A stretch of DNA of 32,000 bases from Candidatus Kuenenia stuttgartensis (GCF_900232105.1 NZ_LT934425.1:2250001-2282000); one strand, 5' to 3'; positions 17,411 through 25,755 are shown, counted from the first letter of the stretch. Made by a program: numbers and translations. Notes: generated from the letters alone by a model not told the origin.

Positions 17411-17462
17411 AAGGGAACAAGATTGAATGACCAGCAATTAAACAATTTATAAAGGAGGCAGC

Positions 17463-17891
17463 ATGAAAAATATTACACTATTATTAGCAGGGATGTTTAT
17501 TGGCATAACCTTTTTTTCTTCATGCACCACAGTTAACACCGTGGAGCGTGAAGAGCCTGTAGGAACAAAGCAGGTGGTTACTGACAAACGTGTTATTACC
17601 GATGCTACGCTTAATAAAAAGGTCAGCATCGTTGGATTGAACGAAGCCGTAACGCCGGGTGGATTTCTTCAACTGCAGATAGAAATACTTAACAGAAAAA
17701 ATTCCATGCAGGAATTTACTTACAAAATAGAATGGTTCGATGAGAATGGTATGCGTGTGGATACACCTGCATCTGTATGGGTTCCAAGACAAATAGAGGG
17801 GCAAGAGACACTTTCTATTACTGCGACAGCGCCGAAACAGACTGCGCGTGATTTTCGTGTGAAATTTATGGAAAACGTCAGGGATAATTAA
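17463..17891 (+). CDS. YcfL-family (DUF1425) periplasmic lipoprotein
   Basis: 142 aa. SD AAAGGAGG upstream and lipobox FFSSC. LQLQIEILNRKNSMQEFTYKIEWFDENGMRVD...WVPRQIEGQETLSI matches the YcfL pattern. Confidence 0.7.
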   Translation: MKNITLLLAGMFIGITFFSSCTTVNTVEREEPVGTKQVVTDKRVITDATLNKKVSIVGLNEAVTPGGFLQLQIEILNRKNSMQEFTYKIEWFDENGMRVDTPASVWVPRQIEGQETLSITATAPKQTARDFRVKFMENVRDN

Positions 17892-17909
17892 GAGAAGAAA
17901 GGATACAAG

Positions 17910-18503
17910 ATGAAATTACCGTTAACCGTAGTTGTGTTGCCTGCAGTAGCATCTTTATTTTTTGCCGGTTGTTCTACCCATACAAGATATGTTGAGACCG
18001 GAGGCCCGCGTACCATCGTCACTACTGATATAAACATTCAGGACTTTTCGTATGCGGCGGAGGAAATGATTAATTCGCTTCTGGCGTCGGGTGCGTTGGA
18101 TACTGCACCAATCCAGCCGGCAATGCTTGCGATAAGCCGCATTACAAACAATACTACTCAACAGATTGATACTGACCTGTTAATAAAAAAGATCAGGGTT
18201 GCGCTGAATATAAGTGGAAAGGCGCTGACAACTACTACAATCGGATTGGGTGGCATAGCCGAAGACCCTCTGGCGCAAGGCATACAACAGGAGAAAGAAT
18301 TTTATAGCGACAAAACAGAGCCGCAGCGCATGCCGGATTTCTCGCTTTCAGGCAAGATCATTGAAAAACGTGAACGGCAAAATGACATAAGACAAGTAAC
18401 TTATACCTTTCAACTTTCCCTCACGAATAACGCAGGCCTTGCCGTATGGGAAGATGAAAAGGAACTCTCAAAACAAAGCAAAAAAGGCGTTATTGGATGG
18501 TAG
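17910..18503 (+). CDS. LpoB-like (COG3417) outer-membrane lipoprotein
   Basis: 197 aa. Lipobox FFAGC-S. LAISRITNNTTQQIDTDLLIKKIRVAL and a C-terminal LSLTN..G..VWEDEKEL resemble the LpoB family. ycfL-lpoB adjacency also exists in E. coli. Confidence 0.6.
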   Translation: MKLPLTVVVLPAVASLFFAGCSTHTRYVETGGPRTIVTTDINIQDFSYAAEEMINSLLASGALDTAPIQPAMLAISRITNNTTQQIDTDLLIKKIRVALNISGKALTTTTIGLGGIAEDPLAQGIQQEKEFYSDKTEPQRMPDFSLSGKIIEKRERQNDIRQVTYTFQLSLTNNAGLAVWEDEKELSKQSKKGVIGW

Positions 18504-18573
18504 TTTTGCCTGCCGGAATTGTGCATAAATATGACTATCCTTGTGGGATGTGGATGGGATGTGTCCCCTATGC

Positions 18574-19920
18574 TTATATCTTGTATTTGTTGAGTTTATT
18601 GTAGAGACTTGCACGGGAGATTTTTAGTATTTTTGCGGTTTTTTCCTTATCGGCGTCATTGGCTTCTAATGTATTTATGATTATCTGGCGTTCGGTCTGT
18701 TCCAATAATTCCTGAAGCGGTTTTCCGGACAGGCCGGGGCGCGTCCCCATTTTTTCCTGATATAAGGGAACGTCTTCGGGGGTGATTCTGTTCTTTTTGC
18801 AGAGAATTACCGCGCGTTCAATTACATTTTCAAGTTCGCGGATGTTTCCGGGCCACGCATATGACGTGAGTATATTTAGTGTATCGCGGGAAAACCCTTC
18901 CACGGTTTTCCGGTTTTTCTTGTTGTGTATAGCTAGAAAATGGGCGGCAAGCAGAGGGATATCTTCTGTTCGTTCTCTTAATGGCGGTAGAAATATCCGT
19001 ATTACATTAAGCCGGTAAAACAGATCGCTGCGGAAAAGTCCCTTTTCAACGCAACCCTCAAGATCGGCATTCGTAGCGGCAATGATGCGCACATCAACTT
19101 TTATGGATTCATCGCTACCTACCGCTTCAAATTCACTATCCTGCAGGACTCTCAGCAGCTTTGCCTGAACGGCAAGGGAGATATTACCTATTTCATCAAG
19201 GAAGATAGTGCCATGGTCTGCTTTTCTGAAACGCCCAACCCGGTCTTTCGTCGCACCGGTAAAAGCGCCTTTTTCGTGTCCGAAAAGTTCGCTTTCCAGC
19301 AAGGTTTCCGTTAAAGAGGAACAATCTACCTTGACGAAGCGGTGGTTATTTCTGGCGCTGTTATAATGTATTGCCTTTGCCACCAGTTCTTTTCCGGTGC
19401 CCGTTTCGCCCTGGATGAGTATGTTTGCTTCCGTGCCTGAGACATGGGAGATAATATCGTATATTTTTTTAATTTTAGGGCTTTCTCCGATGATATTGCC
19501 AAAGGTGTATTTTTCTCCAAGTTCAGACCGTAATCGGTCTACCTCTCCTTCGAGGCGTTGCATTTGCAGTATTTTTTCTATCACCAGAACAAGTTCATCG
19601 CGTTTAAAAGGTTTTGTTATGTAATCAGACGCCCCGTGCTTCATTGCTTCTACGGCGCTTGAGACGGTGCCGTAACTGGTCATTACAATCACATCAATAG
19701 CGGAATTGATCTGTTTGATTTTTGAGAGCAGTTGTATGCCGTCCATTTCCGGCATAACAAAATCCGTGAGGACAATGGCATACTCCGGATCTTTTGAAAT
19801 CCTTTCTATGGCATCAGCGCCATTTGTAACGGCGTCCGCTGCATATCCTTTGCTTTTCAGGAGTTCCGTACACATTTCTCCCAATGCCGGGTCATCATCT
19901 ACCACTAATATTTTTTTCAG
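18574..19920 (-). CDS. sigma54-dependent response regulator (NtrC family)
   Basis: Receiver domain, then an AAA+ domain with GETGTGKE and the GAFTGA loop (EKGAFTGATKDR), then a C-terminal Fis-type HTH. I extend the start from GTG 19905 to CTG 19920 (LKKILVVDDD). An in-frame TAA lies at 19935-19933, and the SD GGGAG (19932-19928) sits 7 nt upstream of the CTG. Confidence 0.85.
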   Translation of the reverse strand: MKKILVVDDDPALGEMCTELLKSKGYAADAVTNGADAIERISKDPEYAIVLTDFVMPEMDGIQLLSKIKQINSAIDVIVMTSYGTVSSAVEAMKHGASDYITKPFKRDELVLVIEKILQMQRLEGEVDRLRSELGEKYTFGNIIGESPKIKKIYDIISHVSGTEANILIQGETGTGKELVAKAIHYNSARNNHRFVKVDCSSLTETLLESELFGHEKGAFTGATKDRVGRFRKADHGTIFLDEIGNISLAVQAKLLRVLQDSEFEAVGSDESIKVDVRIIAATNADLEGCVEKGLFRSDLFYRLNVIRIFLPPLRERTEDIPLLAAHFLAIHNKKNRKTVEGFSRDTLNILTSYAWPGNIRELENVIERAVILCKKNRITPEDVPLYQEKMGTRPGLSGKPLQELLEQTERQIIINTLEANDADKEKTAKILKISRASLYNKLNKYKI

Positions 19921-20062
19921 AGTATGACTCCCTTATAAAAACCTACTACAGTTATTAGTTATTAGTCATTGGTCAACCGCCGACTGCCGACTGTAGATTG
20001 CCGACGGCAGAAGGGACAATTAAATCTTTTGCCAAAAAATGTAAAAAACAACTTTTAAGCTA

Positions 20063-21202
20063 CTATTTGCAGGGGAGTGAGATAATAAATTTTGTCCCCT
20101 TGTCTGTATTGTTATCAAGGCGTATCGTGCCGTTATGTGCGGAAATTATGTCCTTACAAATTGACAAACCAAGACCGGTGCCTTTTCCCTGTTCTTTTGT
20201 GGTGAAAAATGGTTCGAAAATACGTTTATGATATTTTTCGGGGATGCCTGTACCATTATCTTCAAATACAATTTCCACGGATTTTTCTGCATTGTTCATC
20301 CTCGTTTTGATAAACAGGTCTCCGCCATTGGGTAAGGCGTCCACTGAATTATTTACAAGGTTTAAAATAACCTGTTGGATTTGATTTCCTTCTACCAATA
20401 AAGGGGGCAACTGTTTGTCAAATGCCCTGCGGATGTTTATTTTATGGATTTTTAAACGATGTTCCACCAGCGCCAGGATAGTAGTTATTAACGTATTTAT
20501 ATGATATTCCTTTTTCTCACTATCGGACTTTCTGGAAAAAATTAATAGATTTCGTGTTGCCTTCTGGCACCTGGCGATTTGGTCGGAGATGGTTTTGATT
20601 TTGCCGAGAGCTTTTTCATCATGAACTTCCTCCAATAACAACTCACAATACCCGGAGATGGTAGCAAGGGGTGTATCTAGTTCATGAGCTAGGCTGGAGG
20701 CGAGGAGTCCTATTGAAGCCATTTTTTCCGCCTGCAAAAGCTGGTTTTGCAGAGATTTGAGTTCTTCGTACGCATGACGAAGTTCGCGTATTCTTTTGCC
20801 CAATTCCAAACGCTGTTCTTCCCGTTCTTTTTCCAGCATTTTTTTTTCGGTGATATCCATAAAGATTTCTACCGCAAATTCAACCTGGCCATGTTTGTTT
20901 GGTATTGGGAATACAAAATGTTCAATGCAGCGATTTTTTCCGGCAGCGTTGTTCTCCCAGTTTATCCTTTGGTGGGGTTTGCCGTCTTCAAAGACTTTTG
21001 GAGTTACGCAATTCTCACAGAGTGCATTTTTGTTCCATAATTGTTCATAACATTTTTTCCCGACAATGGATTGGCGTGTTTTCCGGAGTTTCTTTGTTAC
21101 CGCGTCGTTGACAAACAATATATTGTACTCTTTGTCGATTATATTGATATATGCGCGAATACCATCAATGGCTGCTTGTAGAAAATTCCCGGATACTTCC
21201 AA
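20063..21202 (-). CDS. cytoplasmic PAS-domain sensor histidine kinase
   Basis: 379 aa with no TM segment. N-terminal PAS, H-box SSLAHELDTPLA, and HATPase_c motifs (LNLVNNSVDA, EDNGTGIP, GKGTGLGLSIC). TTG start at 21202, preceded by SD GGAGGA with a 7-nt spacer. Confidence 0.85.
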   Translation of the reverse strand: MEVSGNFLQAAIDGIRAYINIIDKEYNILFVNDAVTKKLRKTRQSIVGKKCYEQLWNKNALCENCVTPKVFEDGKPHQRINWENNAAGKNRCIEHFVFPIPNKHGQVEFAVEIFMDITEKKMLEKEREEQRLELGKRIRELRHAYEELKSLQNQLLQAEKMASIGLLASSLAHELDTPLATISGYCELLLEEVHDEKALGKIKTISDQIARCQKATRNLLIFSRKSDSEKKEYHINTLITTILALVEHRLKIHKINIRRAFDKQLPPLLVEGNQIQQVILNLVNNSVDALPNGGDLFIKTRMNNAEKSVEIVFEDNGTGIPEKYHKRIFEPFFTTKEQGKGTGLGLSICKDIISAHNGTIRLDNNTDKGTKFIISLPCK

Positions 21203-21240
21203 CTTTATTTCCTCCAGACATTAGAAAGGTTCGCATCGGA

Positions 21241-21275
21241 GTTAAGGTAGAGAAGCACGGTCGTGCGTCTCTACA
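21241..21275. repeat. GTTAAGGTAGAGA-hairpin repeat, copy 2
   Basis: GTTAAGGTAGAGAAGCACGGTCGTGCGTCTCTACA has a 13-bp stem with one mismatch. It shares GTTAAGGTAGAGA and TGCGTCTCTACA with 15647-15680. It lies between the PK_C-like stop and the HK start. Confidence 0.65.
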
Positions 21276-21306
21276 TTTTGGTATGGAAAAAGGGCGCCGG
21301 GGTGGA

Positions 21307-21876
21307 TTAACAACGTGGCTTCGCCAGGATTTCAAGTACTTTTACATCGAGGAACCTCTTTGAGGCGGCAGATTTTATTATACATACGGTATCTGCGCCC
21401 CTTATTGTGCCGGCAACCGCAACCACTTCTTCCCGTTCGGGGATGAGTCCCGCATCGCATGCCTCCATAACAATTTCGCAGCAAACCTTTAATCCTTCGC
21501 CCAGTCTTCGTAACGATTGTGCAACGATCATCGCCGGATAAAGTCCGTTAAATTTTTGCGAAAAAGCGGTTTCTATTGAGTGTGTAAGGATGGTGCCTGT
21601 GTAGATTTTGCCTCCCAGGGCTACGATTTGATCCCGGTTTTCAGGAAGCAATTCCTGATGATTGGGTTCCTGAAAACCGGCTGAATGAGTTACAACTACA
21701 AGGTTTACCTCTTTACCGTGCAGTTTCTTTGCCATTGCAACGCCAGTCTCACCGACGGAAGTGGCAACAACAACGTGTTTATATCCTTCAGAGACAGATG
21801 ATGCGGCTATTTCTATGCATTCCTCTGTATTTTCTCTTCCCGGTTTTTCAAAATAGAAGATGTTCTTTTTCAACAT
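21307..21876 (-). CDS. pyruvate kinase alpha/beta (PK_C-like) domain-containing protein
   Basis: 189 aa. N-terminal YFEKPGRENTEECIEIA and VVATSVGETG recalled from stand-alone PK_C-like proteins. Assignment is from memory only. Confidence 0.5.
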   Translation of the reverse strand: MLKKNIFYFEKPGRENTEECIEIAASSVSEGYKHVVVATSVGETGVAMAKKLHGKEVNLVVVTHSAGFQEPNHQELLPENRDQIVALGGKIYTGTILTHSIETAFSQKFNGLYPAMIVAQSLRRLGEGLKVCCEIVMEACDAGLIPEREEVVAVAGTIRGADTVCIIKSAASKRFLDVKVLEILAKPRC

Positions 21877-21877
21877 G

Positions 21878-22687
21878 TTAAGTGTTTATTTGGCAGAATT
21901 CTTCATAATCGATAAGTTCCTTGATCGTAGCTTTATCGCTGCATACCGGGCAATTGGGATTTTTCCGGACATTCACCTTTTTGAATTCCATGTTTAAGGA
22001 ATCATATATTAGTAGCTTGCCTTTTAATAACTGTCCTTTTCCCAGAATGAGTTTGATTGCTTCTGTCGCCTGGAGGGTGCCAATGACGCCTGCCAATATC
22101 CCCAATACTCCAGCTTCTTTGCAAGAAGGCACTAAGCCCGGAGGCGGTGGCTCTTCATAAAGACAGCGGTAACAAGGCCCGTCAAATGGCAGAATGGTGG
22201 TTACTTGTCCTTCAAAGCGGAAAATGGAGCCGTGCGAAAGCGGTTTTCTGAGAAAAACGCAGGCATCGTTCACGAGATATCTGGTGGGAAAGTTATCGGC
22301 GCCGTCAAGTATTACGTCATAATCTTTAATAATATCAAGGATATTGCCGGAAGTTAACCGTTCGGTATAAGGAATGACTTCTACATCGGGATTTAATGCC
22401 TCAAGGGTCTCTTTCGCCGAAATAGCCTTGGAGCGCCCGACGTCTTTTGCAGAATGTAATATCTGGCGTTGCAGGTTTGAATAATCAACACAATCACCAT
22501 CGGCAATTCCGATTTTTCCAACGCCGGCGGCGGCAAGATAAAATGCGGCAGGAGAGCCAAGGCCGCCCGCACCTACCAGAAACACCCTGGCATTCAATAA
22601 CTTCTGCTGGCCTTTGCCTCCGACTTCGGGGAGAATAATGTGACGGGAATATCGTTCTATTTGTTCTTCAGTAAATGATAATGACAT
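21878..22687 (-). CDS. moeB: HesA/MoeB/ThiF-family adenylyltransferase
   Basis: 269 aa. RYSRHIILPEVGGKGQQKL, nucleotide-binding VGAGGLGSP, DYSNLQRQILH, and two CxxC pairs (CYRC, CPVC). Choice between MoeB and ThiF cannot be settled by eye. Confidence 0.8.
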   Translation of the reverse strand: MSLSFTEEQIERYSRHIILPEVGGKGQQKLLNARVFLVGAGGLGSPAAFYLAAAGVGKIGIADGDCVDYSNLQRQILHSAKDVGRSKAISAKETLEALNPDVEVIPYTERLTSGNILDIIKDYDVILDGADNFPTRYLVNDACVFLRKPLSHGSIFRFEGQVTTILPFDGPCYRCLYEEPPPPGLVPSCKEAGVLGILAGVIGTLQATEAIKLILGKGQLLKGKLLIYDSLNMEFKKVNVRKNPNCPVCSDKATIKELIDYEEFCQINT

Positions 22688-22730
22688 GCTTTTTTCCTAA
22701 CCTATTTGCCAAGTTGTTAATTATCTGTAG

Positions 22731-22759
22731 AAAAAAGGCCATGTACCATAACATGGCCC
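22731..22759 (-). terminator. Rho-independent terminator (minus strand)
   Basis: On the minus strand, GGCCATGT-TATGGT-ACATGGCC (8-bp GC-rich stem, 22758-22737) is followed by TTTTTT (22736-22731). It lies 190 nt downstream of the DUF362 stop and 44 nt upstream of the moeB start. Confidence 0.7.
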
Positions 22760-22948
22760 GCTTTGTATCCACTGAGCTTTACAAGGCTTAAATATCTTTT
22801 GAGAAAAAATGATAACAAATGCTATTGAGCAAATCAATACATTTTAGAGAACGTGCATTTTGCGTAACATCTCAATAAATTGAGGTTTTTATAATAATTT
22901 CCACAATCCACAATCTGCCAACTGCCAACTGCTGGCAAGCGAAAGCCA

Positions 22949-23983
22949 TTAAATAGAGACAACGTTTATTTTTGAGAGATCATCTGTTCCCAATCCGGGC
23001 ATGGCAGCAGTGGAGATATATTTTGGCTCCCTGCGAGCTTGCTGTAAAGAGGGAAGTTTCATCTTTTTTCTCTGAGCTTCGATAATAGTATGGCATATCC
23101 TGTCGAAAGCGACAGGGTCCCTTCCTACAATAATGCCGTTGTAATTCCATGTCCATTGAGGCTTGTAACCGGGGGCCTCCGTTGTATTGCGCCAGTATGA
23201 CGTCACAAACAATAAACCTGACCTTGTTTACGATATAGGGATGGCTGTTCAGTTCTGCAATATAGGGATTGCAATTGTTGGTGTGGTATTTGTTCGGATT
23301 GTGCATTGCTCCAAAAAAATTCTTCATGGCAACGCTAATGCCTGCCAGGGCATGGTCTTTCAGGACGAGAACGTTAATGATGGCGGTACACATTTTAGAG
23401 ACTATTTTGTTGAAACATGTTCCCACTCTTCCGGCTATCTGGGGTTCGGAGTCGTAACCGCCCTGCGGTAATTCGTCAGTACCAAAACATTGCACGCCTT
23501 TGGTTGCACGCCTCACCCGAAACCCTGCCGCTTCAAGTTCCCTGTTATACCGTTCAAATACAATGATGTTTACATCCTTCACTCCGGCAAATTTGAGTCT
23601 ATGGAAAATGGCATCTACTATTGCTACATGCGACGACATAATACGGCCGAAAGGACAGTTTAGTTTGATGCCTACAATATCGTATGGACGAAAAAGCCTC
23701 TGCCATGCATGCTCTTTTGAGGCAGAGCCTGCCAGCTGCATAACTGCTGTATGCAGGAGATTTGTTATTTTTGATTCTTTTACGTTTCCATTGTCAGCAA
23801 CAACGGCATCATCCCGCCCGATAACTACATCGGGAAGAACTGCAGGTTGCATATCATTTCCATGGGCAAAGTGTGCTGAACAATGTTTCAGGTATTTTGC
23901 CAGGATTGAAGTGGCGCAAAACCTCCTTCCATTAGCAATGCTTTTTTAAGAAATAATCTTCTTTCAATGCTTTTTACAGACAT
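22949..23983 (-). pseudogene. Tat-signal DUF362-family protein interrupted by two single-nucleotide homopolymer frameshifts
   Basis: Three consecutive frames carry one coherent protein:
- ATG 23983, MSVKSIERRLFLKKALLMEGGF (twin-arginine motif), stops at TGA 23890-23888.
- The main DUF362 body occupies 23852-22980.
- The C-terminal GYKPQWTWNYNGIIVGRDPVAFD... lies in the 87-aa ORF ending at 22949.
The junctions fall at an A4/T4 run (23918-23921) and a G5/C5 run (23171-23175). Confidence 0.7.
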
Positions 23984-24013
23984 TTTACTTTCCCTTAAAT
24001 AATTTTCAGGTAA

Positions 24014-24056
24014 TATTCATACTTATGACAATTTATAGCAAATGCTTCGCCCCTAT
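24014..24056. repeat. fragment of the MITE palindrome (right arm only)
   Basis: ATTCATAC...GCAAATGCTTCGCCCCTA (24038-24056) matches 28153-28169 and its upstream ATTCATAC. It lies in the DUF362/cupin divergent spacer. Confidence 0.55.
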
Positions 24057-24084
24057 ACTAAATATTGTACTAAACATAGCGATA

Positions 24085-25755
24085 ATGGCATACATAAAAA
24101 GAACCCCCTTTTCCCTTTCACTTCTCGTCCTCTTATTCGTCGGCATTGGCTGCACGACCGTTAAGTATTATCCGTCAAACTTTGTAGAATCACTGAAGCA
24201 TCCCACTAAATTCCCGGATATTTTCGATTTTAGTGTGCAAAATATTGAGGATGTCGTGGAAAAGAACCCTCTTCTGGAAGGTGAAGATGTAAAAATTACC
24301 GATGTTGGTGAGAATAGAAATTCCAGCATGCATGTGCTTCAATTGCGTGAAAATACCGAATATTCCTCACATTACCACAAACGCCATGATGAAGTTATTT
24401 ATGTGAAAAAGGGCAACGCTATTGCGATACTTGACGGTACGAGATACATGGTAAAATCGGGGTCCATTTTGCAGATTCCCAGCAAAACGGTACACAAATT
24501 TGTGAATACCGGCGATGAAGCATTTATGGCTATTTCAATTTTTTCTCCGCCTTTTGATGGTAGGGATCAGAAATTTACACAAAAAGAGAAAAAGACAGAC
24601 CGGGGGGCAAAAGAAGAAAAACGGCTTGCAGGTGTTACTGCAAAGAAAATAAAGGAAGAAGTTGAAGTCTCATCAGAGGAAGGCACAGAGAAAGAAATTA
24701 TCGAAGAAACGGAGAAAGTTGCGACAGCAGAGGAAGGTATGAAAGAAAAAGCTGCTTTGCCCTTGTCCGATGTTCGGGATTTTCAAACAAAAAAAGAAGG
24801 TACTGCTTCATACGATTATCTAACGTTAAAAGAGAGGGGTAAAAAAAAGGCAAAAAATGCAGAGTCTGTTGAGCCTCCAGAAGTGGACATCGTAAGTTTG
24901 CATGAAAAACTTACCCGCCTTTTGAAGTTAAAAGAAGAAGGGATTATCTCCGCCGATGAATATGAAAAAAAGAAAGATGCACTGATCATGGGTGGAGAGA
25001 AATATACCTTTGCAGAACCAGAGAATTTGCCGAAAAGAGACTTGCCCCAAAAAGACGCTGCGCTCTTAAAAAAGGTTGATGAATATGCACAACTACCGGA
25101 AGATACATACCGTTTACCCAATGCACCATTAGATAAGCATACCGATATTGAAGAGACCTATTATAAGGAAGAGCCGTATACGCAACCGGGAGGGGAACAA
25201 CGACAGGGAGGGGAGGGTTATGAGGGAACTTCAGCGATTGAGACATTGCCAACGGATCATAAGTTAAGGCTATTGCATGAAATGCTATCGGAAGGCCTGA
25301 TTTCAGCAGAAGATTTTGAAATAAAAAAGAGGGAGTTGGTACTTAAAACAGAAGAAAAGACCTTTCCGATTCCTCCTCCACCAGGCGCTGACAGAGAAGA
25401 AAAGCTTAGCGCCCTTAAAGAATTATATAAAGAGGGGTTGATAACGGAGGAAGATTACCGGCATAAGTATAATGAATTAAGCGTGAAAGAGGAATCAGGG
25501 TCTTTTGCCTTTGATGAGAACCCCTATAATGAAAAAGTAAGCGAGCTGGAAGGGTTATATAATGACAGGCTTATTACAGAAGAAGATTACCGGTTCAAAT
25601 ACAAGGAATTAACAGGTAGGGATGTTTTTACCTCTGATATTATTGATAAAGATGTTAACAATGAAAAATTATCAGAACTTCGTGAATTGATGGAACAAGG
25701 AATCATTACCAAAGAAGACTATGAAGCCAAAAAAGCCCAATTGACAAGCAATTGA
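24085..25755 (+). CDS. cupin-domain lipoprotein with E/K-rich linker and five tandem SHOCT repeats
   Basis: Start moved to ATG 24085 (MAYIKRTPFSLSLLVLLFVGIGC-TT); the 24025 extension reads through a repeat fragment. Cupin motifs HYHKRHDEVIYVKKG ... SGSILQIPSKTVHKFVNTG. There are five copies of the pattern L..L..L...G(I/L)I(S/T).E(D/E)(Y/F)...K..L between about 24890 and 25746. Confidence 0.75.
   Translation: MAYIKRTPFSLSLLVLLFVGIGCTTVKYYPSNFVESLKHPTKFPDIFDFSVQNIEDVVEKNPLLEGEDVKITDVGENRNSSMHVLQLRENTEYSSHYHKRHDEVIYVKKGNAIAILDGTRYMVKSGSILQIPSKTVHKFVNTGDEAFMAISIFSPPFDGRDQKFTQKEKKTDRGAKEEKRLAGVTAKKIKEEVEVSSEEGTEKEIIEETEKVATAEEGMKEKAALPLSDVRDFQTKKEGTASYDYLTLKERGKKKAKNAESVEPPEVDIVSLHEKLTRLLKLKEEGIISADEYEKKKDALIMGGEKYTFAEPENLPKRDLPQKDAALLKKVDEYAQLPEDTYRLPNAPLDKHTDIEETYYKEEPYTQPGGEQRQGGEGYEGTSAIETLPTDHKLRLLHEMLSEGLISAEDFEIKKRELVLKTEEKTFPIPPPPGADREEKLSALKELYKEGLITEEDYRHKYNELSVKEESGSFAFDENPYNEKVSELEGLYNDRLITEEDYRFKYKELTGRDVFTSDIIDKDVNNEKLSELRELMEQGIITKEDYEAKKAQLTSN

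Noticed and set aside
24025-24084. N-terminal extension of the cupin-SHOCT gene (MTIYSKCFAPILNIV...)
   Set aside because: It reads through the repeat fragment GCAAATGCTTCGCCCCTA. The lipoprotein signal starts at ATG 24085.
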